From contig OMYJ01000009.1 of NCBI GenBank assembly GCA_900315245.1, positions 14,775-78,774 of the forward strand: a stretch of 64,000 bases of DNA. Reading direction: 5' to 3'. Source of the DNA: an uncultured Bacteroidales bacterium (GTDB taxonomy: Bacteria; Bacteroidota; Bacteroidia; Bacteroidales; WCHB1-69). Below are positions 40,226 to 49,725 of the stretch, piece by piece (positions within the stretch are counted from its first letter, which is position 1; every line of letters begins with the position of its first letter). The position numbers and the translations under genes were made by a program. The notes under the pieces are model-generated. The model searched no databases. It was not told the origin of the DNA and saw only the letters and a program-made list of their open reading frames with translations.

Positions 40226-41521
40226 ATGATACCCCGTTATTCGCGTCCGGAGATGAGCGCCGTCTGGACTGAGGAAAACAAATTCGGCGCCTATTTGAAA
40301 GTGGAAATCGAAGCCGCCGCCGCGTGGAGCCAACTCGGCGTGATTCCGGCTGAAGACGTTGAGAAACTGCGCACAAAGGCCACCTTCGACGTACAACGCA
40401 TATACGAAATCGAAAAGGAGACGCGCCACGACATCGTGGCGTTCACCCGCGCCGTGAGCGAGAGCCTCGGCGACGAGAAGAAGTGGGTGCACTACGGCCT
40501 CACCTCCACCGATGTGGTCGATACCGCCAACGGCTACCTCATCAAGCAAGCCAACAACATCCTGCGCAAGGATCTCCAGCGGTTCATCGAGATTCTCAAG
40601 AAACGCGCATACGAGTTCAAGGACACGCCCTGCATCGGACGCACGCACGGCGTGCACGCCGACATCACCGCCCTCGGGCTGAAGTGGGCGTTGTGGTTCG
40701 AGGAGATGCGCCGCAACATCGAACGTTTCGAGATGGCCGCCGCCGATGTGGAGTGCGGCAAAATCAGCGGTGCCGTGGGCAACTTCGCCAACACCCCACC
40801 GTTCGTGCAGGACTATGTCTGCGAGCAACTCGGCATTCATTCCGCCCGCATCTCCACGCAGGTGCTGCAACGCGACCGCCACGCCCACTACATGGGCACT
40901 CTCGCGCTCATCGCTTCCACCATGGAGCAGATGGCCATCGAGGTGCGCCACTGGCAACGCACGGAACTCCGCGAGGCTGAGGAGGCCTTCGGCAAAGGGC
41001 AGAAAGGTTCCTCCGCGATGCCCCACAAACGCAACCCCATCGGCAGCGAGAATATGTGCGGATGCGCGAGAATCCTCCGCGGATATATGGTCAGCGCCTA
41101 CGAGAACATCCCGCTTTGGCACGAGCGCGACATCTCCCACTCCTCTGCCGAGCGCATCATGCTCCCCGATGCCACCATCCTGCTCGACTATATGCTCAAT
41201 CGCTTCGGCAACATCTTGGAGAACCTCGTCGTTTTCCCTGAGAACATGCTGAAAAACATCTACTTGACCCACAAAGTTATCTTCGCGCAGCGCGTCATGA
41301 CCGCCCTCATCAACAAGGGCTTCTCCCGCGAAAGCGCATACGACCTCGTGCAGCCCATCGCCATGAAGGCTTGGTTCGAAGGACAGGACTACAAGGAACT
41401 CCTCTCCCAAAACGAAACTGTCATGGCTCACTTCACCCCCGAAGAACTCGACCAGTGCTTCACGTTGGAATACTACCTGAAGCAAGTGCCCGCCATTTTC
41501 GAACGGGTCTTTGGCAATTAA
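40226..41521 (+). CDS. purB: Adenylosuccinate lyase (Bacillus/Firmicutes-type)
   Basis: [42 protein letters not shown]; TATCTTTG box at 40197-40204. Confidence 0.96.
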   Translation: MIPRYSRPEMSAVWTEENKFGAYLKVEIEAAAAWSQLGVIPAEDVEKLRTKATFDVQRIYEIEKETRHDIVAFTRAVSESLGDEKKWVHYGLTSTDVVDTANGYLIKQANNILRKDLQRFIEILKKRAYEFKDTPCIGRTHGVHADITALGLKWALWFEEMRRNIERFEMAAADVECGKISGAVGNFANTPPFVQDYVCEQLGIHSARISTQVLQRDRHAHYMGTLALIASTMEQMAIEVRHWQRTELREAEEAFGKGQKGSSAMPHKRNPIGSENMCGCARILRGYMVSAYENIPLWHERDISHSSAERIMLPDATILLDYMLNRFGNILENLVVFPENMLKNIYLTHKVIFAQRVMTALINKGFSRESAYDLVQPIAMKAWFEGQDYKELLSQNETVMAHFTPEELDQCFTLEYYLKQVPAIFERVFGN

Positions 41522-41600
41522 CAATTAGCAATTAGTAGTTAGCAGTTAGCAGTTGCCGTTCTAACATGAACTGCTAACTGCTAACTACTAACTGCTAACT
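41514..41600. repeat. Inverted pair of heptamer arrays (GCAGTTA-type x6 / AACTGCT-type x4.5) forming a long hairpin
   Basis: 41532-41554 is the exact reverse complement of 41569-41591. Confidence 0.9.
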
Positions 41601-41630
41601 AAAAAAATAACCACCATTAAAAATCGCATT

Positions 41631-42287
41631 ATGAAAAATCTAAACATTTTAGGAGCCCAAAACTCCCTTTTCAACGAGTTCATCTCGGAAGTCCGAAGTG
41701 CCGAGGTGCAGGTGGACAGCATGCGTTTCCGCCGGAACTTGGAGCGCATCGGCGAGATTTTCGCCTACGAAATCAGCAAGAACATGGCATACGCAGAACA
41801 GGAGGTGGTCACCCCGTTAGGCATTGCCAATATTCCCCGTTTGCAGGAAAAACCAGTGTTGGCCACTATCTTGCGCGCCGGGCTGCCACTGCATCAGGGC
41901 ATGCTCAACTATTTCGATCACGCCGACAATGCCTTCATCTCAGCGTTCCGTAAATACTATAAGGACGGTACCTTCGAGATCCAGATTGACTATCTCTCCT
42001 CTCCTGACTTGGACGAGAAAACGCTGATTCTTTGCGATCCGATGCTCGCCACCGGACAGTCACTTGCATTGGCATACGAGGAACTCATGAGCAAGGGTGA
42101 CCCGTTGCACACGCACATTGTGAGCGTCATTGCCAGTCGGCAAGGCCTTGATTATGTGATGAGCAAGCTCCCCACCGACAGCTGCACCTTCTGGATCGGA
42201 GCCGTGGATGAGGAACTGACCGCGCACTCCTATATCGTGCCCGGCCTCGGCGACGCCGGCGACCTCGCGTACGGCATCAAAGAGTAG
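41631..42287 (+). CDS. upp: Uracil phosphoribosyltransferase
   Basis: ILRAG, DPMLATG, YIVPGLGDAGD. Confidence 0.96.
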   Translation: MKNLNILGAQNSLFNEFISEVRSAEVQVDSMRFRRNLERIGEIFAYEISKNMAYAEQEVVTPLGIANIPRLQEKPVLATILRAGLPLHQGMLNYFDHADNAFISAFRKYYKDGTFEIQIDYLSSPDLDEKTLILCDPMLATGQSLALAYEELMSKGDPLHTHIVSVIASRQGLDYVMSKLPTDSCTFWIGAVDEELTAHSYIVPGLGDAGDLAYGIKE

Positions 42288-42311
42288 GATCTATTGCCTA
42301 TTGCCTAAAAA

Positions 42312-43730
42312 ATGGTTTTCAGCAGTAACGTCTTTCTGATACTGTTTCTGCCTGTTTTTTTGATATGCTATTTCGTATGTCCGAAAAAATGGCGAAATAT
42401 CATTCTGTTACTGTTTTCCATTGTGTTCTATGCATACGGAGCTCCGACTTTCATCCTGCTGCTGCTTGGCTCCACAATCATCAACTTCTTCCTTGTAAAA
42501 TTACTGTATAAGTCTGAAAATCTTATACATAAGAAATTATTAGCAGGGTTGGCCATTATGATCAGTCTGGGACTGCTGGGCTATTTCAAATATGCAAACT
42601 TTTTCGTGGATAATTTGAATGCCGTATTAGGGGCTTTCGGATTGCAGCCATTCACATTTGCGAAAGTGTTGCTGCCTATAGGCATCTCCTTCTTCACGTT
42701 CCAGTCCATTACCTATGTGGTGGATACCTACCGCAATGTCCATAAACCGATGGAGCGGCTCACCGACTATATGCTCTACATCATCATGTTCCCCCAACTG
42801 ATCGCAGGCCCCATTGTGCGCTATTGCGACATTGCAGACGAAATCCGAAGCAGGGAGCAAAACTGGTCGGAAATCCTACAGGGCTTTTACCGTTTTGTGA
42901 TTGGACTTTTCAAAAAGGTACTGATTGCGGATGTAATCGGCCGTCAAGTGGATATCCTTCTTGCGGGCGATTTGCTAACTATGGGTACCGGCACAGCATG
43001 GATCACTATCGTCGCCTACACCATGCAGCTCTACTTCGACTTTTCCGGTTATTCCGACATGGCCATCGGTCTCGGCAAAATCATGGGATTCCACTTTCCC
43101 GAGAACTTTGACAATCCGTACAACTCCGCAAGTGTCAGCGAGTTCTGGAGACGCTGGCACATCACGCTGGGTACATTCATGCGCAACTATCTTTACATTC
43201 CGCTCGGCGGTAACCGCTGTTCGAAACCGAGGATGTATTTCAACCTCTGGGTGGTGTTTCTCCTTTCAGGATTATGGCATGGCGCAAGCTGGAACTTTGT
43301 CATTTGGGGCGCTTACCATGGCTTCTGGCTCGTGCTGGAACGCATCGGCTTGGGAAAAGTTTACGAAAAGATGGGTAAAATCCCCAGCGTCATCATCACT
43401 TTCCTTATCGTAACAATAGGTTGGGCCATTTTCCGAATCGAAAACCTCTCGGACGCATTTACGTTCATTTCGCGGCTTTTCGCTTTTGATTTTCAGTCAA
43501 TTGTTCCCATAAACAGTTTGCATTTCTACGCTGTGCTAATCGTGGCAATGGCTTTCGCATTCTTCTCCCTGTCCCCGCTTGGAAAAAGAGGACAAACCTT
43601 TTTCTTTCATACCGAATACTCTAAAAAGCAGCATCTTGCGATTTGGCCGGTGAGTGTCTTGTTGTTCATCTTCTGCCTCGGCGCCCTCAATGCGTCTGGT
43701 TTCAGTCCGTTCATTTATTTTAGATTTTAA
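42312..43730 (+). CDS. MBOAT family O-acyltransferase (AlgI/PatA-like)
   Basis: LPIGISFFTFQ, FPQLIAGPIVRY, DFSGYSDMA, FWRRWHITL, GLWHGA, PFIYFRF. Confidence 0.92.
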   Translation: MVFSSNVFLILFLPVFLICYFVCPKKWRNIILLLFSIVFYAYGAPTFILLLLGSTIINFFLVKLLYKSENLIHKKLLAGLAIMISLGLLGYFKYANFFVDNLNAVLGAFGLQPFTFAKVLLPIGISFFTFQSITYVVDTYRNVHKPMERLTDYMLYIIMFPQLIAGPIVRYCDIADEIRSREQNWSEILQGFYRFVIGLFKKVLIADVIGRQVDILLAGDLLTMGTGTAWITIVAYTMQLYFDFSGYSDMAIGLGKIMGFHFPENFDNPYNSASVSEFWRRWHITLGTFMRNYLYIPLGGNRCSKPRMYFNLWVVFLLSGLWHGASWNFVIWGAYHGFWLVLERIGLGKVYEKMGKIPSVIITFLIVTIGWAIFRIENLSDAFTFISRLFAFDFQSIVPINSLHFYAVLIVAMAFAFFSLSPLGKRGQTFFFHTEYSKKQHLAIWPVSVLLFIFCLGALNASGFSPFIYFRF

Positions 43731-43739
43731 GATTCAACC

Positions 43740-45149
43740 ATGAGAAAGCATTTCCATAAGATATTGTTTTTTAGCACGATAGTGATCATGGTTGTTTTCC
43801 TGATCCAAACGGTTACCGGAGTTGTCAAACTTGAGCCGCTTCAAGGGGTCACCATTGAAACCGAAAAGCCAAAACTGACCTTGAAAAACTACACAGACGG
43901 TTCTTTTCAGAACGAATCGGAGAATTATCTGCGGGAACATTTCGGTTTTCGTGAGTGGTTGATCAGGGGCTACAACCAATTTCTTTGGGGATGTTTCCGG
44001 GAATCGAACAACGCCACTGTGGTGCGCGGGAAAAAAGACTGGTTGTTCGAGGAGACGCATGTCCGGGATTACTACGAGAGTCTGATGTACAACTATGCCG
44101 CCGACAACGATGAAATGCGTAGGACTTTCGAGACCGAAGTGCAGCGTTTCAAGAAAGTGCAGGAGTTGCTGGAAGAGTACAATATCCATCTTTTTCTCGT
44201 CATCGCCCCTTGTAAAGATGCGATTTATCCGGAGTATCTACCTAAAAACACATCGTATATCCGACCAGACGGGCTCCACGCCTACGATTATTACAAAAAG
44301 CGGTTTGATGAGACTGGAGTGAACTACATTGACTTCGTCTCCTATTTCAGAAGCATCAAGGATTCTGTGGATTATCCGCTCTTCCCGTCGGGCGGCACGC
44401 ACTGGAGCAATATTGCCTCTGTCTATGCCTTTGACTCCATTCTTCGATATATGGAAGTCTTAGGTAATCAGAATCTTATCAATCTGGATATTGGTGAAAG
44501 GTACCCGGCGGAAACCCGGGATCCCGACAATGATTTGGAAAAAGTCCTCAATTTAGCTTTCCCCATCAAGTCGCGGCCGAATGTTTACGCCGATGTGCGC
44601 GTCAAAGAGGACTCTATGGCGGAGAGACCGAATTTCCTGGCTGTTGGCGACTCCTATTTCTTTAATATTGCCGGCTCCACCCCGATATGGGAGATTTTCC
44701 AGAAATACCTCTACTGGTATTACAACAGCACCATTTATGGCGATGACGAGCATACGACCACGTTGGAGGTGAACATTGAGCAGGAATTGATGCGCCCAGA
44801 CTATATCATGCTCATCTATAATCCTGTGACACTCTATGAATTCAGCAGTTACTATTTGCCGAGAGCACTGTTACATCTTTGTTATGACCAAGCTGCCATT
44901 GATTCTGCTGCGCGCAAGATGATGAGAGAGATTAAGTTTTACAGTTATCCGGAATACTCCGAATATTTGTCAATTGCCAAAAAGAGCAACCGAAGTATAG
45001 ATGATGTACTGTATGACAATGTCTTATTTTTGTTCCGCACTAATCCTGAGGATTTCTTTGGAGAATTGAGCGACGATCAGCTTCCTGTCTCCAGGAACAA
45101 AAACCTGGCACGTATCCGCAAAAATGCTATCTTTGCCCGTTCAAAATAG
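43740..45149 (+). CDS. AlgJ/AlgX-like SGNH O-acetyltransferase partner
   Basis: N-terminal TM anchor, GKKDWLF, GTHWS, GDSY; directly follows the MBOAT gene. Confidence 0.72.
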   Translation: MRKHFHKILFFSTIVIMVVFLIQTVTGVVKLEPLQGVTIETEKPKLTLKNYTDGSFQNESENYLREHFGFREWLIRGYNQFLWGCFRESNNATVVRGKKDWLFEETHVRDYYESLMYNYAADNDEMRRTFETEVQRFKKVQELLEEYNIHLFLVIAPCKDAIYPEYLPKNTSYIRPDGLHAYDYYKKRFDETGVNYIDFVSYFRSIKDSVDYPLFPSGGTHWSNIASVYAFDSILRYMEVLGNQNLINLDIGERYPAETRDPDNDLEKVLNLAFPIKSRPNVYADVRVKEDSMAERPNFLAVGDSYFFNIAGSTPIWEIFQKYLYWYYNSTIYGDDEHTTTLEVNIEQELMRPDYIMLIYNPVTLYEFSSYYLPRALLHLCYDQAAIDSAARKMMREIKFYSYPEYSEYLSIAKKSNRSIDDVLYDNVLFLFRTNPEDFFGELSDDQLPVSRNKNLARIRKNAIFARSK

Positions 45150-45156
45150 CGAAATA

Positions 45157-46122
45157 ATGAAGAAAATATTAGGAATCGGCAATGCATTGGTTGACATTCT
45201 GGTGCATATTGATAATGATGAAATTCTCGACCGCTTAGGATTGCAGAAGGGCGGCATGGAAATGATTGACGCACAGCGGAAACGCGAAATTCTGGAGGTC
45301 ATCGCCGAAATGCCGCAAACACTGGCTACCGGCGGCTCCACTTCCAACACCATCCACGGTTTGGCCCGTTTGGGCGCTGAAGCCGGTTACATCGGTAAGG
45401 TGGGCAACGATGAAATGGGACAACTCTTCCGTGAAGGTTGTACTCGCTTTGGGGTGATTCCTCTTCTTATTGAATCCCAGGAAGATACCGGCGTCGCCAT
45501 CACGTTCATCTCCTCCAACGCGGAACGCACCTTCGCCACGTATCTTGGTGCGGCTGCCACCATGCAACCCAACGAAGTGGACGAGCAAATCCTTGATAAC
45601 TACGACATTATCCATATTGAAGGATACCTCATCTTCAACCATGAATTAATACTGACAGTTTGTCAGAAGGCCAAGAAACACGGACTTCAGATTTCCATGG
45701 ATATGGCCAGCTACAACCTGATAGAGAGTAACTTGGATTTTGTCAAGATGCTGCTGCGCGACTACGTTGATATCATCTTCGCCAACGAAGAGGAGGCCAA
45801 AGCTTTTGCCGGTGTGGAAAATGTGGAGGCATTGCACGTGCTGTCCGAATCGTGTCCTATCGCCATCGTGAAGGTCGGCAAAGACGGTTCCTACATCAAG
45901 ATGAACGGTGAGGTAACCGCCATTTCCCCCGTGGATGCACAACGTGTTGACACCACTGGCGCGGGTGACATCTACGCATCTGGATTCCTATATGGTTACA
46001 TCAACGGCTACAACGCTCTGAAATCCGGAAACTTGGCCTCATACCTCTCCTCACGACTCATTGAATATGTCGGTGCGAAGCTTCCCGACGAAGTTTGGTC
46101 AGAAGTGGAAAATTTGAAATAA
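45157..46122 (+). CDS. PfkB family (adenosine) kinase
   Basis: GIGNALVD, GGSTSNT, FANEEEA, DTTGAGD. Confidence 0.9.
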   Translation: MKKILGIGNALVDILVHIDNDEILDRLGLQKGGMEMIDAQRKREILEVIAEMPQTLATGGSTSNTIHGLARLGAEAGYIGKVGNDEMGQLFREGCTRFGVIPLLIESQEDTGVAITFISSNAERTFATYLGAAATMQPNEVDEQILDNYDIIHIEGYLIFNHELILTVCQKAKKHGLQISMDMASYNLIESNLDFVKMLLRDYVDIIFANEEEAKAFAGVENVEALHVLSESCPIAIVKVGKDGSYIKMNGEVTAISPVDAQRVDTTGAGDIYASGFLYGYINGYNALKSGNLASYLSSRLIEYVGAKLPDEVWSEVENLK

Positions 46123-46152
46123 AAAAAGAGGAAGCGATTGCTTCCTCTTTTT
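46123..46152. terminator. Bidirectional intrinsic terminator
   Basis: AAAAAGAGGAAGC-gatt-GCTTCCTCTTTTT between the convergent kinase and tRNA-Thr genes. Confidence 0.85.
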
Positions 46153-46156
46153 AATG

Positions 46157-46229
<73 letters not shown>

Positions 46230-46294
46230 TGGTTTTGCGCGGCAAAGATACACTTTTTTTCAATATCCGAAGATGCCGCGCGATTTTTTATTTC

Positions 46295-46558
46295 CTACTC
46301 TTGCGTGGCAGGAACGACAGAAACGTAAGATCTGTCTTTGTAGGTTTTCTTGAATTCGACAATGCCGTCACACAATGCGAAGAGCGTGTGGTCTTTACCC
46401 ATTCCCACGTTCTTGCCAGGGTTGTGAACGGTACCTCTTTGGCGGACGATGATGTTGCCAGCCTTGGCGAACTGACCACCGAAGATCTTCAAACCTAATC
46501 TTTTACTCGCTGATTCGCGGCCGTTCTGAGAACTACCGACACCTTTTTTATGAGCCAT
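46295..46558 (-). CDS. rpmA: 50S ribosomal protein L27
   Basis: [24 protein letters not shown]. Confidence 0.98.
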   Translation of the reverse strand: MAHKKGVGSSQNGRESASKRLGLKIFGGQFAKAGNIIVRQRGTVHNPGKNVGMGKDHTLFALCDGIVEFKKTYKDRSYVSVVPATQE

Positions 46559-46589
46559 AAGTCTAAATTTTAATCGTTAATACTAATTT

Positions 46590-46901
46590 TTACAGAGCGA
46601 TGTTATCAATCTTGATGGAGGTCAAACATTGACGATGACCATTCAGTTTCTGATAACCTTTTCTTCTTTTCTTCTTGAAAACAAGAACTTTGTCACCTTT
46701 CAGGTGTTGGAGAACGGTAGCGGTTACAGCGGCACCGGAAACGGTCGGAGTACCCACTTTGACATCACCGTCATTATCCACTAACATTACGCGGTCAAAT
46801 GTGACTTGCGCACCTTCTTCAGCCTTGAGGCGCTGAACATAGACTCTGCGGTCTTTTTCAACCTTGAATTGTTGCCCGGCTATTTCTACAATTGCGTACA
46901 T
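46590..46901 (-). CDS. rplU: 50S ribosomal protein L21
   Basis: MYAIVEIAGQQFKV, FKKKRRKGY...GHRQ. Confidence 0.98.
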   Translation of the reverse strand: MYAIVEIAGQQFKVEKDRRVYVQRLKAEEGAQVTFDRVMLVDNDGDVKVGTPTVSGAAVTATVLQHLKGDKVLVFKKKRRKGYQKLNGHRQCLTSIKIDNIAL

Positions 46902-47026
46902 TTTGGTATAATTTTTGTTTGTAAATTTTTGGGCGGCAAAAATAAGATTTTTTTTGACACCACCATTTTAAATGCAATTTTTTTTTCACTTTTCCGTTAT
47001 AGAGCGGTTTTTAATGAGATCACTTA

Positions 47027-48151
47027 ATGAAAAATATGATAAATATGAAAGCAATCAATTGTTCTAAAGCACTGTTAATCGCAATTTTATCCATTTTTGT
47101 CTGCATAAACAGCGGATGTTCGCAACCGGAAAACCGTACGGCGAAATATGTGGATTTGACCGAGGCCGCGGAGTCGTCCGTGAATGCTGTCGTCTATATC
47201 AAGACTGAATTTACGCAGAAAAACTCCATGTGGGATGACTTTTTCGGCGGCACTATTTGGGAGCATTTCTTCGGTTCCGCACCAAGCACCTATCCGGTGC
47301 AGGCGGCTGGCTCTGGCGTCATCATTTCTTCTGATGGTTATATCGTGACCAATAACCATGTAGTGGAAGATGCTGAAAAAGTGACAATCACGCTGAACGA
47401 CAAGCGCGAATACGATGGCGAAATCATCGGTACCGACCCTGCCTCCGACCTGGCTCTTATCAAAATCAACGAAAGCCGCCTCCCCTATCTGAAGTTCGCC
47501 AATTCAGACTCGGTTCGCATCGGCGAGTGGGTGCTGGCCATCGGCAACCCTATGGGTCTCAACTCTACGGTCACCGCCGGCATCATCAGCGCAAAAGCCC
47601 GTCAACTTAGCACCGGCCGCAACACAATGTCCGATGAGGTCTATCTGCAGACCGACGCTGCCGTTAACTCCGGGAACTCCGGCGGCGCTTTGGTGAATGC
47701 CTCCGGGCAACTGGTCGGCATCAACACGGCCATCGCCTCCGGCAACGGCTACTACACCGGCTACTCCTTCGCCATCCCCTCCAATATCGTCCAAAAAATC
47801 TGCTACGATCTGGAACATTTCGGCACCACCCAGCAAGCCTACCTCGGCGTTTCCATCATGGAACTCAATGCCACTAACGCCAAAGAACTGAACCTCAACG
47901 ATGTAAAAGGAATCTATGTGGCCGAAGTCTCTGACAATGGCGCCGCCGCACAAAACGGATTCCAAGAAGGCGATGTCATCACCCATATCGACGACACTCC
48001 TGTAAACAGCCTTGCAGAAGTGCGCGGTGTGCTCAAAACAAAATCCCCTGGCGATAAAGTGAAGGTCATTTTAGTCAGAAACAAAGAAAAAATGACAAAA
48101 AATGTAACTTTATTGAATAGTAAAGGTACAACAGAAAAGGTTGAAAAATAA
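47027..48151 (+). CDS. HtrA/DegQ-family serine protease with one PDZ domain
   Basis: GSGVII, TNNHV, DLAL, QTDAAVNSGNSGG; start uncertain by a few codons. Confidence 0.92.
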   Translation: MKNMINMKAINCSKALLIAILSIFVCINSGCSQPENRTAKYVDLTEAAESSVNAVVYIKTEFTQKNSMWDDFFGGTIWEHFFGSAPSTYPVQAAGSGVIISSDGYIVTNNHVVEDAEKVTITLNDKREYDGEIIGTDPASDLALIKINESRLPYLKFANSDSVRIGEWVLAIGNPMGLNSTVTAGIISAKARQLSTGRNTMSDEVYLQTDAAVNSGNSGGALVNASGQLVGINTAIASGNGYYTGYSFAIPSNIVQKICYDLEHFGTTQQAYLGVSIMELNATNAKELNLNDVKGIYVAEVSDNGAAAQNGFQEGDVITHIDDTPVNSLAEVRGVLKTKSPGDKVKVILVRNKEKMTKNVTLLNSKGTTEKVEK

Positions 48152-48248
48152 CTGTCGGCTGTTAGCTGTTAGCTGTTAGCCTTTAGCTATTGGAAAAATA
48201 ACTAAAGGCCAATAGCCAAAAGCTAAAAGCCAAAGGCCAAAAGCTAAA
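48151..48248. repeat. Inverted pair of heptamer arrays (GCTGTTA-type x6 / CAAAAGC-type x6)
   Basis: Read directly; fills the htrA-rpoD gap from stop to start. Confidence 0.88.
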
Positions 48249-48251
48249 TAA

Positions 48252-49112
48252 ATGAGACAATTAAAAATATCGAAATCTATCACCAACCGTGATTCTGCAT
48301 CGCTGGAGCGGTTTTTGTCCGACATCAGCAAGGTGCAGATGATTGGCGCGGATGAAGAGGTGGAGCTGGCACGTAAAATCAAAGCTGGGGACGAGGATGC
48401 CCTCAACAAGCTGGTCACCACCAACTTGCGCTTTGTCGTGTCGGTGGCCAAACAGTACCAGAATCAAGGTATCGGGCTACAAGACCTTATTAACGAGGGC
48501 AATTTGGGACTTATCAAAGCCGCGCAACGTTTCGACGAGACGCGCGGCTTCAAATTCATCTCCTACGCTGTATGGTGGATCCGGCAAGCCATTCTGCAAG
48601 CTATCGCCGACCAGTCGCGCATCGTGAGACTGCCCCTGAACCAAGTCGGTGTCATCAACAAAATCAAGAAGGAGACTGCCCGTTTGGAACAGACCCTCAA
48701 TCGTTTGCCCACCACGGAGGAAATCGCCAATGCCATGGATATGCCCGTCTATAAGGTGGCGGAAATCATGAAGATGAACAACCACCCGCAATCCATTGAT
48801 TCCCCTATCGCACCTAACGAGGAAACCCGTTTCGTGGATGTCTTCGTCCATGACAATGACGAGAACACAGACACCACGCTGATGAAAGAGTCCCTCTCCT
48901 CGGAAATCAACGATTTGTTGAAAACACTGCCCGATAAGGAAGCGGATGTGCTTCGCCTTTTCTTTGGCATCGGTACATCACACGAACATACGCTGGATGA
49001 AATCGGCGACAAGCTGGAACTCTCCCGCGAGCGCGTGCGGCAAATCAAAGAACGCGCCCTGAAAAGGCTGCGCCAAAGTGCAAAAAACAAGAACCTAAAG
49101 AGCTATTTATAG
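48252..49112 (+). CDS. rpoD: Primary sigma-70 factor, Bacteroidetes short form
   Basis: MRQLKISKSITNR, NLRFVVSVAKQY, FKFISYAVWWIRQ, RERVRQIK. Confidence 0.92.
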   Translation: MRQLKISKSITNRDSASLERFLSDISKVQMIGADEEVELARKIKAGDEDALNKLVTTNLRFVVSVAKQYQNQGIGLQDLINEGNLGLIKAAQRFDETRGFKFISYAVWWIRQAILQAIADQSRIVRLPLNQVGVINKIKKETARLEQTLNRLPTTEEIANAMDMPVYKVAEIMKMNNHPQSIDSPIAPNEETRFVDVFVHDNDENTDTTLMKESLSSEINDLLKTLPDKEADVLRLFFGIGTSHEHTLDEIGDKLELSRERVRQIKERALKRLRQSAKNKNLKSYL

Positions 49113-49131
49113 GAAAGACATCTCCATTTTC

Positions 49132-49725
49132 ATGAAAAAAGCCCTGTTTTGTTTCCTGATAACGATGGGTTTATGCGTTTCCTTTTCAGCCTGTAAGCCG
49201 AAACCTCTTCCCGAGCCTAAGCCTATGGGCTATTTCCGTATCGACCTTCCCGGTCACCAATATCGGACAATAGACACAGCCCTTCCTTTCCGGTATGAGC
49301 AGTCCGTTTTTGCAAACACCACAATAGAGAGACAAAAGGACAACACTCTGTGGATGACCGTTTCCTATCCGGATTTGAAAGCTTCGCTCCGATTCACCTG
49401 TTTTGATGTCAAGAACGCCGACAGCCTGCGCAATCTGATGATTTCCGAAGACAAAATGGTGAAGTTCCATTATCAGAAGGCGGATGACGTGCAATACTCT
49501 GTCATCCAAGACCCTGAATCAAATTTATGGGGACAGACTTACGAGATTCTCGGCAAAGAGGTCGCCACTCCTTTCCAATTCTGGCTGACCGACAGCACCC
49601 ATCGCTTTGTCCGCGCCAATCTTTACTTCGACTGCGCCCCCAACAACGACTCCCTGCAGCCCATTATACAATTTCTAAAAGAGGATGCCCTGCACCTCAT
49701 AAACACTTTCGAATGGAAACCTTAA
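49132..49725 (+). CDS. gldD: Gliding motility lipoprotein GldD
   Basis: Lipobox FSAC, PKPMGYFRIDLP, ATPFQFWLTDS.HRF, PNNDSLQP. Confidence 0.82.
   Translation: MKKALFCFLITMGLCVSFSACKPKPLPEPKPMGYFRIDLPGHQYRTIDTALPFRYEQSVFANTTIERQKDNTLWMTVSYPDLKASLRFTCFDVKNADSLRNLMISEDKMVKFHYQKADDVQYSVIQDPESNLWGQTYEILGKEVATPFQFWLTDSTHRFVRANLYFDCAPNNDSLQPIIQFLKEDALHLINTFEWKP

Noticed and set aside
40184-41524. 446-aa ORF antisense to purB
   Set aside because: Shadow frame produced by the C-rich third-position codon bias of the real gene; no recognisable motifs.
49132-49725. gldD as evidence of gliding motility
   Set aside because: Isolated gldD homologs occur in non-gliding Bacteroidales; no motor or adhesin genes are in the window.
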